Assembly (NCBI GenBank): GCA_030704615.1 | Contig: CM060732.1 | Coordinates: 7,006,001-7,070,000, forward strand | Length of the DNA: 64,000 nucleotides | DNA from: Takakia lepidozioides | Taxonomy: Eukaryota > Plantae > Bryophyta | Reading direction: 5' to 3' | Shown here: one piece after another, positions 49,774 to 63,164 of the stretch | Layout of the letters: each line of letters opens with the position of its first letter | Numbering within the stretch: position 1 is the stretch's first letter | Made by a program: the position numbers and the translations under genes | The notes under the pieces: model-generated | Database searches by the model: none | What the model was told of the DNA's origin: nothing | What the model saw: the letters and a program-made list of their open reading frames with translations, nothing else

Positions 49774-52700
49774 TTTAGCTCTTCTGTGCCCAACCGTGGT
49801 GGTGACTTGCGCCTTGGATAAGAATTGAAGATGACAGCGCATGTTGGATATGTGCGTGAATCCTGTCTGCTCCCAGAAAGCCACCTGCGAAGCCTGCGAA
49901 AGAAGAATGGCCGAACAATGTTATAATTCGCAAAAACAGGCTGTCTCAAACACTCTTGGCGAGTTAGAGGCATTCGCTGCGTGAGATTGCCTCTCATGCC
50001 ATGCCAGGCCCTCCATATAGATTGACCCCATGAGGTAGGGTTGTATGAGCTTGCTCCATGGAGTGTCTCTATGCTTGATGGCTCTTGGGATCCACTTTGC
50101 CAACAATGCCTTAAACTGCGCCGAGGGGTCAATAATACCTAGTCCACCTTTTTTCTTTTCTTTTGGCACAATTGATCCCATGAGAGCAAAGCCCTTCTTG
50201 ATGGGGTCGTAGATGTAGCTCCCCATATGAAATTTCGAATGAGCGTCTTAATTTCCTTGACCATGGCCTCATCTGGGTCCCAAACTGCCGTAGAAAACCA
50301 ATGGAATGCCTCCCAAACCTGGTTGGCAACTAATGCTCTTCCCACAATGGAGAGCATTGCAACACTCCAGAAAGCCATGTTTTTCTTGAGAGTTGCAAGC
50401 ACATCCTTGAAGCGGTCATGATTTGAAATGTTTAGGCCTATTTGAGCCCCCAGCAGCTTGTGCGTTCGGCCATCTTGCAGCCACCCAAGTCCTATATCTG
50501 CCCCCCATGGCTGACAGTGGGTTGCTGTTGCTCCATTATGCAGCTTGGACAAGATGCCCATGGATTTTTTCCAATTCACCTTGAGCCCAATAGCCAAGCA
50601 AAAGGTGTGGAGAATTTGGAGTGCCTTGTCAATGTTGGCCTTTGTGGAGTTGTCAAGCAATAGAGTAGTGTCATCTGCGTACATTGAGAGTTTCAGCATC
50701 TCCAGGGTCAGCATGGGCAAGTGAAGGCCAATAATGTCTTGCCTGTAGTGTAACATGTAACCCAGCGAGTCTGCCGCTATGAGGAAGAGGAAGGGTGCCA
50801 GGGGGCAACCCTGCCGCACCGATCTGGAAATGTGGAAGGGCTTAGATATAACCCAATTAACCATGACCTTGCTAGACGCTGCATGCAAGAGGATATGGAC
50901 CCATGTCAGGAAAGGCCCCCCCAACCCTGATTTCTCCATAGCCCCTTCCAGAAAGGTCCAATCAATGGAGTCAAAGGCCTTTTCAAAATCTAGCATTAAG
51001 AAGGCCAATGGCTGGCTGTTTATTTCTGCTCTGTGAAGGGCCTCATGGGCCAACATGATGTTGTCTAAGATCATGCAATCTTTGAGAAAGCCAGTCTGCT
51101 CCTTCCAAATAATTTTCGGGAGGAGGGGCTGCAACCTCAAGGCCAGGGTCTTTGCAATAATCTTGTAAGTTGATTTTAGCAAAGTGATTGGCCGGTAGTT
51201 GGCCATATCTTCTCTATCTCCCTTCTTAAAGATTAGAGTAATGAGACCTTCCGCCATCTGCGAGGGCATTATTTTTTTTTCCAGAATATCATTTGCCATA
51301 AGGAGGAAGTCCTCTCCAATTGTTTGCCATAGTGCTTTAAAAAGTTCAATTGGGAGACCATCCAGTCCTGGCGATCTTTGGGATGCCATAGAGTTGACCG
51401 CCTGCCCCAATTCATACACTGACAGGGGGGCCACCAGATTTGATTTGTCTAGTTGAGAGAAGGAGCAGGGGATGTGGTGTAGCAGGGCCGCTGTTGCATC
51501 TTGTTTCTGCTGCGAAGCATCCTGCCTTTGAAACAAAGCTTGAAAATATGAGGCTTCTGCCATGATTTTTGGTTTATCTACCAAATGTCCATCTGCATCT
51601 CGCAAAGCTGGGACCATTGTGGCAGCTCTCCGCTGCGCAGCCTTGACAAAGAAATATCTATTCATCTTTTCCCCTTTGAGACTCCAATTGACTCCGACTT
51701 TGACTCTGGAGAATTGCCCCTTGGCATGTAACAGCGTGGAGAGATTTCTCTTGGCATCCTTGTATGCAGTTATGGTACATGCGCTCCCTCCAGACTCGAC
51801 TGCAGCTTAAACTGGTAGACCTTCAAGCACTTAGTCAGAGCCTTTTGCCTTCTAGTATTGTCTTCAGCCTTCTCCCTTGAAATGACTTTACAAAGGTCTC
51901 TTAACATTTCCATCTTCGCCAAAAATCTGGCAATGGGCGAGGCTAGCTGGGTGGAAGCTGATTCCCAGACATTCTGAAGGGTCTGTATGATGAAGGGGTC
52001 TTGCAACATAATGGGGTTTAGCTTGAAAAAACCTCTGCCTCTCACCCTGGACTCGGGAGTGTTGAGCATCAGCTGCACCATGGCATGGTCAAACTCCGGG
52101 AGGATGGGCTGCAGCGGGACACTGGTTGACCGAGACTTCAAAGTGTAGGAGCAATAAAATCTGTCCAACCGAGCCTGGCACAAGTGAGGCGGGTCCCTGT
52201 TGTTTGACCATGTGAATTCAATTCGCCCTGGCCTAGAGACGAAGCGTCGAGCAGCCCCACTAACAAGCACATGACGTCCCAGGTGTTTTTTTCTGTCATG
52301 GAGAGACCATGCACCAATCTCCCAAGCCTGTCTCTTTTTTCCTCCACCATATTGAAGTCGCCACCTACCAGCCAGTGCTGGAGATGATGGCGCTGCTGCA
52401 TGTAATTTCTGATATGGTTCCAGAGGTCTATCCTGTCTTCCTCCCCATTCAGAGCATATATGTTTAGAAAACCCACCTCCCCCAAAGATTGACCTATGTT
52501 CAAGACAAGAAGCTGCACTCTGCCTTGCAACCAAATCTCATGAGAGACAATGGATTGTTGTAAGGAGGGGGAAGCAAGGATTGTTGTGCCCCCTCTGGAA
52601 TCCGAGATGGTGGGATTCCAGAAGGTTGTGGCCGCATGCCAAATGGAGGCACCAAAGGAAGCTATTTTTGGTTGATTCAATTTATGTTCTTGCAGAAAGA

Positions 52701-52815
52701 TAATATTGGAGCCACGTAACAGAGTGGAGGCCCATGCTCTAACCTTTGCCCTTTTGGGGGCAGAGTGGTCAGAGCCGAGACCTCTCACATTCCAGGAGAC
52801 AAGAGACAGATTCAT
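49774..52815 (-). pseudogene. LINE ORF2 (AP endonuclease and reverse transcriptase), disrupted
   Basis: MNLSLVSWNVRGLG, IFLQEHK, LVGGDFN, FTWSN...ARLDRFY, SPGLDGLP, NYRPITLL, LDFEKAFDSI, VRQGCPLAP, SMYADDT, KKGGLGIID; split across ORFs 52138-52995, 51770-52534, 50139-51665, 49921-50226. Confidence 0.92.
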
Positions 52816-52849
52816 GTGGGTGTGACTATCAGGCCCACGCTGTCTGCGT

Positions 52850-54457
52850 GACTTGATGGCCATTGTGGGAGGAAGAAGTACTTTGGACGCTTGTCGGATG
52901 GGGGTGGGGTGGAGAACCACTTGAACCCTTGTGGAGGATGGATCAAAACATGGAGCTGACAGGTGAACACAATCGTTGCCTTTTTTCTTTTGCATTTGTT
53001 TTGAAAAGATATGAAGTGGGTCCCTCCGTCTCTAAGAACTGAAAACATGTCTGCAGAGATGTCCCAGGCTAGAGCTTTTGAAAGTCCTGAGGGAGAGGGA
53101 TTGTGGGGAGGATGGAAGGCTTGCTGAGTTCCACCAGGCTGGTAGGATTTTCTGCTTCTGAACACTGTCCAACAGCAAAGTCCATACCCGTTTACAGTCT
53201 GAGTGGTCAAGCACATAGAAGAAGAGGGGGAAGTAAGTAGTAGAGATGCTCACCGGTGGGGGCGAGTCCACTGTCTCTTCCGGCAGCAGAAAGGTGATGG
53301 AGTGATCTGCTGCAGCATTGGAGGATGCGTTGAAGTGGTTTGTATTTGCCAGCACCATCTGTCTATGAAGAAGCCTGAGCCTGTTGGTTTTTTGGGGGAC
53401 ACCTCTTCTATCAATTCGGAGCCTCTTTTTCTTTTCTTGGAAGGCAGCATGTCAACCATGGTTTGATCATCTGATTTTGCTTGAGCTTCTTGCACCTGCT
53501 GCGTTTGATTGGCCTTGGAGGTATCCAGTGGCTGGGAGGAGCCCTCCTCCTTTCTTGGGATCTTGATGTTTGGGCAGTCTGCCTTGATATGCCCTTCAGC
53601 ATTGCAGTGGTAACAGATCACCGAGAGGACCTCCTCTTTCACTGCTACCACAATGTACAAGTCATCCAAGGTGGGCAGTTTGATAGAGGTGCCAATGGCT
53701 GCAATTTCAGGCATGAGCACAATGATCTTGGGGATTCCAATGTCCTCACTAACCTGAGAATGTGTGACCTCGGTATCGACACTGAGAATTTTGTCCTGAG
53801 CTGGCTCCAGAACATTAATTGCCCCTATGAATGAACCAAAGCTGGCACCTATCTCTGGAAGCGAAGTCAGATACGGGGAGGTAGGAAGGGGATGGCAATG
53901 ACTCTCGGCTTCCACAAGATGCCTTTCTTGTGTCCCCAATCCTGAGTCCATCGAAAGATGTGGACTTTAGAGACGGATGTCTGCGTGTTGAAGCGCAAAG
54001 CCTTTTCTGCATCTGCGGGCGAGCTGAAAATGATTGCGTAGAAGCCTTTCCCCATTGAAAGGCTAAAGTGTTGTGCCAATCCACCAGCAGTTCCTAGGTG
54101 CTCGATAATCCAAGTACGAATTGATTTTCTCGTCCGCGGCTTTCCAGGGAAGTACAAGAGGATGCCTGTCTTTGTTAGCTTTTGCACTTGAGCCTGCAAC
54201 TTAGCTTTGTTCAAATTTATGACAGGTTGCTCCTTGTCTTCTTGCACCATTGTGTCCTCCCATGCGTTCTTAGTCATCATTGGTGAGGGTGGAGGGGCAG
54301 AGGCTGAGGGGCCCTTTCCTAGAATGGAGGCAGCATCGACTTGCAACATGGAGGATTTCCTGGTCCAAATCTGATTTTTGGCTTTCGCAGCTGGAGACAA
54401 ACCTCCGGACACTCCTCCACGTCTCGTCTTCCTGGATCCACGACCTCTGGAATCCAT
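52850..54457 (-). pseudogene. LINE ORF1 (RRM-like region and CCHC knuckle), frameshifted
   Basis: MGKGFYAIIFSSPADAEKALR...FRWTQDW; EIGASFGSFIG; CYHCNAEGHIKADC. Confidence 0.85.
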
Positions 54458-57388
54458 GGGACAGCCGCAACAGAACTGCGATTAGCAGGCGTATTGGCCC
54501 TTCAGGCAGACAGCAGGCGCGAGATGCAAGAATGGGATTAAGAATTAGAGTGGAGGGAGGAGAGAGATGAGGTAGCGGGTGGAGGGGTGGGATGTGGATT
54601 TTGCGAGGGAACGATGTGGAGCGGAGACAGCAATTGCGACAAGCTGTTAGAGATGATAGATAGCTGACCTCAGCTGAATGCATGGAGAATTGCATCAACA
54701 TCAACATTTAGAGAAAAAAAAAATCATGAGCTCGTCTCTATCCTTGGCTTATGCAGCAGATAAGGAGGGGTTAATTGAAGAAGAGTAGTCTTCCCTTCCC
54801 GTAGAGAATGCATGGCGGCTTGGCAATGTCTTCATACTGCAACTCTTTCAAAGCTCATTAAGAGCTGCTGCATCGTGCAGACCACTGTAGGGCTCGGGGA
54901 GCCACCGATTAGCGACAAGAGCTTAAGTGCTTGAGACAATGGCAGAGGGAGGATGTGTGAGCGTGGCGGCTCATTAAACCAACTTGGAAAGCCGGGGGTA
55001 TGGGAAGAACTCTGTTAGATCTTATGAATGAAGAAAGACTTGAGAAGAGAGGCACATGAAGATGAACACTTGGAAGATGAAATCTCTGCAGATGCTTTAG
55101 GTTTTCTTTTTGCGTCATCGCTTTGAGAAAGAGCGCAAGGGGGGAGATGGCAGGGGTAACGTAGCAGAACTTGCTCATTTTACCGCCTGGAGGGGGGAAC
55201 TTGACTTGCGAGAGAGATTTGGGGGGAGCAGGATGGACTTCTGCATCGTGAGAGAGATAGGGGGGAACAGGATGGTCTTCTGCATCGACAGACCCATTCC
55301 AGCTGAGGGAGGGGGAGGGGAAAGCGGCTAAGTCCCTGGATGCACTCACCGCAAACTGCGGAGCGCCATCCCAAAGATCTTCTCTGCAAATTCAAAGTGT
55401 AAGAGATCGAACTTAGATAATCTCAAACTCCCATTCAAGTAAATCATCAACAAATGATACATAATACTAACTTACAAAATCACTAGTCACTCATAAAATC
55501 ACTATTACTAAGGGAGTCATACTATCCATTAGCTTCCATGAAAATGTCTCAAACAATAATTATTAATAATGTTTTGTGAAACATTTCAGACCTACACACC
55601 ATAATACCAACTTGGAGCCTACTTAAAATATGCAGAGCCCCTCTCGATCTTTGCTGCTCTGGACATCAAGCAAAGAGCCAATCTTGGACGTTGTGAAGGG
55701 GATCTGCTCATTTCCCATCACAATCTCCAGCTCTTGTCGGCCTATTCTATCCGGGCATTGGATAGGTTTAAGCACTTGTACTTTCATTATTAAGCACTTG
55801 TACCTTGAGGTTTGAACCCTTGACTGTTGAGGCTTGAACCCTTCATTATTAAACTTAGACTTTCATTTGCAAGTTTCTTTTTTCTTAGCCCTTCATGATG
55901 AAAGGTTCAGATTTTATCTGGCCTTTCTTTTGAAGGGCCCTGATTTTTTGCCCTTCATATGGAGCATTTTTGCAAGTTGCAGGGCGTTGCAGTCTTCAAA
56001 AATAGACACTGGATGCGAAGGTCCACTGCACACCTGAAATAGCATTTCTGAAACCTTGCCCATCCCAAAAGAGAGAACTGAGAGAAGACATCCCTTGGTC
56101 CCTTAGTGGCAGCACCAATACTTACACTACGCAGGCAGCTCCAAATAGGCACGGATCGTGCTTGCGTGGCACACGCTACTTTTGCCAGAACGATGCAGAT
56201 TACGGATGAACAAACAGTCGCAGGATGGATGAATAGTGGGCCCGGTAGTCCGGAACGACTTGCCTTGTTGGGTGGCAGTAGTCGTTTGTCTGTTTGTATT
56301 ATTGGAAGGAAGCTGCGCTCGCAAGACAAGGAAGGAGGAGGTCCAGTGGCGGAGGATCGACGCGCAGGGGTGTTTGATGGCGGGCGAGCGCGCTGCGGTG
56401 GCCCGCTGCGATGAGGCTGAGCATGCCTTGAAGTAGGCTGTCTTTCATTTGTGCTCTCATTCTCAATGCGTGCTTCGTTGTACTGTCGTGCATGGACGTT
56501 GAGTTCCAACGGCAGAGTCTGGTGGTGTGGCCATTTCTCTCAGATGAGTTGGGGCAGAGCAGAGGGGGAGTGATATGGGGAGTTTTCTCTTGGTCCTTAT
56601 CGTATCGTTCACTATTGCTGGCTTCACTCCTAATCTAAGTAATGACCAGCTCTGAATGATGAGCTTCTTACTGTGTCTCGGGACTCGTGTATGCAAGCTC
56701 TGTTTTTGAACTTTCGTCTCGAATTGAGTGATAAATTGGGCCCCTGCTACATCGTTGTGTCTACAGTACACTTGTATTGGAGTGAAATTGACGGCAAATC
56801 ATGTTACTTCGAAAGTGTGAAAGTAGCTGGTAGTTGGGGAGAAGAGGGTCGAGGGACGCTTAGGGAATCATGGAAGTGAGGCAACTTTGGTTGCTGACAT
56901 ATCCAATTTTGCGTGCAAGCTTGATCTATTTCACTTCAAATGGTTCATTGCGGCTATGTCTGAAAGCATGTAACACATAGAAAATGGCGGGCATAGAGCG
57001 GTGAATTCTGATTTTCTAGCTGTAAGACGAATCAGAAATCCTTTCTTACAATGCAGTTTTAATCGAGAAATTAGCTCAAATCTCCATTGCGCTTTGCACA
57101 GAGCAGACGACAATCAGGTCACAAGGTTGAGGGAAGTGTCCCCTTGGACCCACTTTCCTCAGCCTAAAAGTGAAAGAAAAAATTTACTCATAAATATGGC
57201 AGTCTCAACGCCATTATTTTATATCTGATGGCGATTGATTCGATACTCAAGCGCTTTTCCATTTGTGAAAGCACCGTTTCACCTTCCATACTATCCTGGA
57301 CCAGAATACCAATTCCTAGAGACTTTCAGAATCAACAAGCCAAAGTAAGCTGGAGAGGTGCCTCAGTACATGAAATGGGGTTGGGGCC

Positions 57389-60300
57389 ATGGGATGTAGG
57401 CTATTTCTGCAGGGAAAGTTTGATGAAGCAGAGGCTTTTGTAGAGGAGAGGGTAAGCACGAAGGACAAGGAGCCGGGTGCAGTGCCAATATTCACGCACT
57501 GCCATGCTGTCATTCTCTTTGCTAAGGCTGGCATTTCCGGTACTGAGGAGGACAGGTGAGTAAGTTGATTACGTCTCCCTTCCATGTGGTTGCTTATCTT
57601 GTTCCACTCCGATATGGACAACTATTGAGGAGAAAACATCAGAAAGTCATCTTGTTAATGTGGCAGGGTGCTACCCTCATGAGAGTGTAGGGAGAGATGT
57701 GTACTATTGATGTTTCCCTGTGGACATTGGTTATGATGGACCTTTCAGGAATTAGTCCAAGCAGGATATCAACCCTCTCTGAGGCCGTCCCTGAGGTGTC
57801 TACTCACTAGGCTGCCCGCAACTGATGACAATCCTGGTGCAGGGACCTGCATGTTATTTTATTGGTTTGCATTGATATCATCCTCAAAATCACAATGGTC
57901 TTTCCCTTTACCTTCTACAGATGTGGTAAAAGGCTTTGATGCACTTCCAGACACCATAGTGTGAAAAGGGCAAGAAAGAGAAAGGGGGTGGCAAGGGGGC
58001 CATGGCTGCCACATGTGCATATGATCCAAGAATGTACTCATAACACGTTGTTTGCCATAGCGTGGCCATAGACCCCGCGCCCAGTTTGGACGGAACAAAA
58101 TTGAGCAGAAACTACCTTTGAGAGGGGCTCACTCCGTTAGTGTGACTTACCTTGATAGAGGCACATGATCAAAGAAAGAGAGACTAGGAAATAATGTGGT
58201 TGTTGAGGAATAAAGTTTGTATTGCAGAAGGCAAGCAATAGAGAAATTGAATGATGCATCCACCATGGCGGGAGAGCATATACCAAAGCAAGGCTGGGTG
58301 CAATGCATTGCAACATGGGGAATGGGCTACTTCAGCACCCCAGCTCCCAAAGCTGATGACATTTCTGAAGAAGAGCTCAGTTGGTTGGTGAACGCTTGTG
58401 CTTGAAAATTTGAACACTAGATTGGTATGACAGTAGGAGATTGTCTATGTAGGAGCCGTCCAGCTTTATGTGGTCCTGCCTGTATCTGAAAGTTGGAGCC
58501 CTTTTGTTGGTTGCAGACTCAGATATTATCCAAAAATGATAAAAATTGTAATATTGGTCCCTAGGAAGTGATCCTCAAGTTTTGTACTGCAGTCGCATTA
58601 TCGAAGCTGAGTCCACATATCTGTCGGCATTACTTTGCTTTTTCGAGGAATCAATGTCTGCCTTCTTCAGGGTAAGTACTCTCTTCCATTTCTCATTCTT
58701 CCACTTAGATTCTGTTTCCAAGGGAATGTCTGTGCGAAGATATTTTGATTTCCTTGTTGGATCCATGTTCTGCAAAAGACTTGAGATTGAGTAGTTTTTT
58801 CCAGGAGTAAAATGGTCTTGTGTGTGGCACACAAATTTTATTGATGTTTCATGCCTTGAAAAACCATACTGGATAAGGGCTTAGAAGCCATGTTCCTGCC
58901 TATCCCTCTCTCCTTCCCAATAGATAAACATTCAAAAGGATTTATGTTCAAATGTCTTGTGCCGGCGGCCTTATTGATACGTAAAGCAATCCAAGGTTAC
59001 AAATATTGCCATGGCATACTTCAGCGTCAGGTAAGTTTCCTTCGTCAATACTATACCAAGCCAAATCACACGTTCTCTGATTGAGATTTTTGGCAGGGAT
59101 ACTTCTTAATTCGCCCTAGGTGACCACCAACGTCATTTCGATGTTGTTGCAAAGAAGTTAAAAGGCATCCTCTCATGTGTGCAACAGCAACTTGCCAGCA
59201 GGAGTGAGCACGACGTAGGTGCAGTGAAACTAGGGTTTGGTGGTTTCAGCTTGGCCATCTCCTTGCTGCCTCCCAAGCTCTTGCGACTTCTGTCTGTGTT
59301 GGGTTTTCCTTGTGACCGTGATGCTGGGTTACAAGCCATTGATCAAAGCCTACGAGGTGGCGGACTTCGAGCTCCTCTGGCTGGAGTGTACGTCATTATC
59401 CTTTCTTCCAGTTTTGAGAATATGCGTTGCTCGGGCTATGTCAAGCTTAGGTGCTTTTAGAGAAATTCCTCACTGGCAAAGTGAAGGTGTTACTCAGACA
59501 TAGGCACCCTACACAATAGCCTACAACAATTGCCTACAAATGCTTTTCCAATCAAACCATGTAGACTGTGCTCTTGTGCTCATACAATCATGTAGCCTGC
59601 TATGGTGGAGACAGGCTTTAAAGAAGACGTAAGCCAGACTGGCATGTGCTCTGAAACCTTTTTCTTGTTCTTGAGCCTTATCATTCAAAGACTTTGGTTA
59701 ACTGAAAAAGTGGGCACTCAAGGGTCGTTCAGCCCCCACTCCCACTGCTGCTGCTGTCCCCACCACAGGGTCAGCCCCTCGTGTCCCGACCCCCCCGCCC
59801 TCAAGGCAAAGGGCCGCGACAGAGGTGGGCATTGCTATTGCGTTCCAGAACTTCAGTTTGAGTGACTTCAGTAAAGTGAGGCGGCCCAAACATTGGGCAC
59901 TGAATTTTCTGTGCCAATGGATGTTCCCCTTGGGATGTCATAGCTTGTAAAAACCTACAATGGTGAATGTTTGAAGAGAGTGATTTGTGACAGAGATTGA
60001 ATAGAGACAGCAATTTATTACAACATCATTATACACAGTAAGACCTCCCTTGTAGCAGCAGTCAGCACATGAGAACTAAAAACTTCAAGGTTTTTAACCC
60101 TCAAGCACATGTTTTTTTGATCTAAACGCTCATTGAAGGTTATGCATATTGTGTTCAGGCTACTCCTGTCATATCACGTGATACTGCCTTCCTTTTTCTC
60201 AATACCTCAGGTACGCCTACACTTGGCCATGATCACAAGTAGAACTTCATATGGCAATGCCCATAGATCTTGACAAACTCGGATTTGGTGCATTGGTCAA

Positions 60301-61704
60301 AACACTTGATTGCGGTCTGGTGTTTGGCGACAATTCATACATTGATGCTGATGCACAAAGTTGTGCTGAGTTCTCTGGCTGTTGTTACCTGCTCATTACT
60401 TTAGGAACGCGAGCAACATGTCACAAGTGCAGAGCGGGTTCTCTCTTTTCTACAAGATGCCTATCCTGGCAGCTTCTTCCTAAGGTAGTGCCCACTTTAC
60501 TTTCTAAACATGTTGGAAGGTTTTACACATCTGTCGAAACATGTTTGAACTAACTTTTTGTGAGACTTCAAGTTGAATTCCTCTCTGCAAATGGTCGTTG
60601 CCTGTTAACACCAATGTCCCACATTAAACTTTGTAACAATTCCAGGGGCAGGGCCATTCCCTCAACCCTCAAGTCTTGGTACCCACCTTGACCTTGGGAA
60701 GTGCTTCAGTCTCTGTACACAATCTGGAGACAGCCCAAGATACACTCAAATACCCATTTCTTTGTCAACTCGCCACCCTCTTTAGCTCCTCTTATCATGG
60801 GGCATGTTCAATGACCAAGGCTACTGCCATTTGAGTATTGGAAATGCAGTATGTTCAAGTTTTGCCAATTAGTGCACGGCCTTGTTGCTTCAATTCTAGT
60901 ATTACTAGTGGGTGCGGGTGGCTGCAGCTTCTACAGGGGCCGCTTGCAAAGATTGAAGCAGGATTTGACAGGCTCCTTGGACTGTTTCTTGAAGCTTGAG
61001 GAGGTGAGGTCACCCGTTACCGTTCCTAAGGTTGGGAGTGACCCAAATGAGGCAAAGAGGGAGAGTTTCAGATGTATTCGTTTCTTGCAGCCTTGGGGTC
61101 CTTGACCCTTCCGGCCAATGGGCACAACCAGATACAGAGGTAGGCTACCAGCAGTTGCGCTTACCTGCCAGTGTATATGCATGTGTATGTTAGTGCTGGG
61201 CACCCAGCTTATTGGCTGGAAGAGTAGTCCAGACGAACCTTCAACATCCACAAATTTGTTTGGTATTTTGGGGACTGGCAGGGCTTAAATATTCCAGCTG
61301 AGTCAAAATTCTTCAAGCTTCGCCATGCATGGGTCTACGAACTTGGCTTGAGCCACATGTTGCAGTTTGAGGTGAGCACTCACCCATTCAAGATATGGTT
61401 CATTTTTCATCCTAAGATATGCAAGGAGCATTAAGCTGCTCATTACCTGAGAGTAGTTAATACTTCAGCCTAGGGCTTGATAAATTGTGAGGGGAAGTTC
61501 TATGCATATAGCCCATGGTGCATTAGGGGGTCTTCTTGGAAGGATTTTGATTGTATAAGGTGAGTATCTTGAGGAAGGATAACATAGTGTGTCAACCCAC
61601 TTACTGAAGTGATTGGAAATGGTCAGTGGGAGGCAGCAGAGAAGTACTGGGAGGAGCTGGAGCAGGACAGCGTGTGGTCACGTGCCTTCTTTGCCTACCT
61701 GCAT
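57389..61704 (+). CDS. TTC39: TTC39/IML2-like tetratricopeptide-repeat protein, first 10 exons (continues downstream; start uncertain)
   Basis: Exons about 57389-57555, 58228-58383, 58593-58671, about 58965-59030, 59188-59387, 60159-60210, 60405-60484, 60928-61003, 61282-61371, 61627-61704. Motifs LFLQGKFDEAE, IIEAESTYLSALLCFFEESMSAFFR, GAVKLGFGGFSLAISLLPPKLLRLLSVLGFPCDRDAGL, LLLSYH, YPGSFFL, YELGLSHM, WSRAFFAY match TTC39/IML2 blocks (recall). Confidence 0.78.
58032..58160 (-). mobile_element. Older 3' fragment of the RTEX-like family, copy E, in TTC39 intron 1
   Basis: ATGTACTCATAACACGTTGTTTGCC...GACCCCGCGCCCAGTTTG; TSD GCATATGATCCAAGA (58017-58031) vs GCACATGATCAAAGA (58161-58175). Confidence 0.85.
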
Positions 61705-61788
61705 GTAGAGCCTTTATCCCTTCTTGCCTTCCTCCCTCTCTGTTTGGACGCTACAAAGTTTCTTTCTTTCCTTCTCTATCAAACCAAG

Positions 61789-63164
61789 GGTGATACCACC
61801 ATACCAGCCCTTATGTTTGCGGATGACTTTGCAGGCATAGGGGAGACTCCAACCAATTTCCAGGAGTTGATTGATTGCGCGAAGAGATACTTTGATCTTT
61901 GGGGGCTAGAGGCTAATGTCAGCAAATGTGCAGTGGTAGCATTCAACGACAGAGGAGAGGGAGGAAGTGATCTTAAGTGGCAGTGGGGTAGCGAAGAGAT
62001 CCCGGTCCTCCCTTCCTACACTTACCTGGGCGTTGAGTTCTCCTCCAATTGTAATTGGGATGCACGTATCCGGAAAGTTGTTCAAACTGGCAAGGGCAAA
62101 GCTCTGGGGCTCACTAAATTTTTCCACTGCAGAGGGGTCAACTCTGAGGTTAAGAAAACGATGCTTTGTCGTGTTATTAGACCTGCCTTGGAGTACGGAT
62201 CTGCTATATGGGTTGATAACTCCAACCAGGCTAAGTCTCTAGAATCCATTCAAGTGGGGGTGCTTAAGGAGTGTATGTCAGCATGCTCCAAAACAGCCAA
62301 TGTGGCTGTTCGGGGTGAGTTTGGCATTCCGTCCTTAAGCTCCCGACGAGATGAATTCAAGGTCAGATGGTGGGGTCAGCTGCAACATATGCCCAACACC
62401 AGATATCCTAAATTAATCGACTCTATATCTTGGAAACAGGACCGCCCTGTCAAACAGGCTAAGTCCTGGCAGAAGAGAGTAGAAGAGATCCTCAAGGACC
62501 TGGACCTGGATCCGCAAGTCTTGACCCTGCTGGATAAATCTGACTTAGAGGCTGTAGTGTCCTCAGCCATGTCTGTTGCCATGAGATTGTCTGATGAAAA
62601 TGAAGTTAGGCAGAAAACTTCCCTGAACTTGTTTCCAGTCAGTGACATGGGGGAGGACATCTTGGATGACCTCAAGGTCTACCCACTCTCGGCACTAGAC
62701 TGAAATTTAAACTCAGGGCAGGAAGCCTACCTTTGAACAGCAAACAGAAGCAGAGAGGAAAGGGAGAGTGCAATTGCCCGTTGTGTGGGCAATCTGAAGA
62801 CAGTATTCATTTTCTGATACACTGTCCGGGGTTCTCTCACCAAAGAGACGCTCTCTTCAAATCTATCAAGGGAATTGTGCCTGTACCCCTGTTTACCAAC
62901 TTTAAAAGTCTCGAGGCTGAGCCAAAAGCCCAGGCCCTCCTGAGGCCTAGTTTTTGGGCAAATCACACACAGCAGATTGATGCTTGTGTGAAGGGATTTC
63001 TAGAGGATATCTGGAAAACCCGGATTAATTCTATATATGAAGGTAAGTCTTACTACCAACGTCAGCCCCTGACAGAGGTAGGTTCTGTCCCTTTTGTTCG
63101 CGCTCAAACTGGGCACGGGGTCAATGGCCACAAGGCTACGGCAAACAACGTCTTATGAGTACAA
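61789..63164 (+). mobile_element. 5'-truncated RTEX-like LINE, copy F, in the intron after TTC39 exon 10
   Basis: Near-identical to copy A (LMFADDF to GVNGHKATANNVL*); 14-bp TSD TCTATCAAACCAAG at 61775-61788 and 63165-63178. Confidence 0.93.

Larger units (their letters stand above)
49774..54720 (-). mobile_element. L1/Tx1-like LINE with ORF1 and ORF2, 3' end lost in the gap
   Basis: ORF1 zinc knuckle, then APE endonuclease and RT in ORF2; the 5' boundary is approximate. Confidence 0.9.

Noticed and set aside
48703-50132. Long ORFs of 209-372 aa
   Set aside because: Artefacts of reading through the N gap.
55955-56509. 184-aa minus-strand ORF in a GC-rich patch
   Set aside because: No recognisable motif or splice structure; could be promoter or UTR of the TTC39-like gene.
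63063-63160. Hammerhead ribozyme in the LINE 3' end (CTGACAGA); also CTGATGAG at about 22768
   Set aside because: Core spacing is wrong or the GAAA and stem III are missing.
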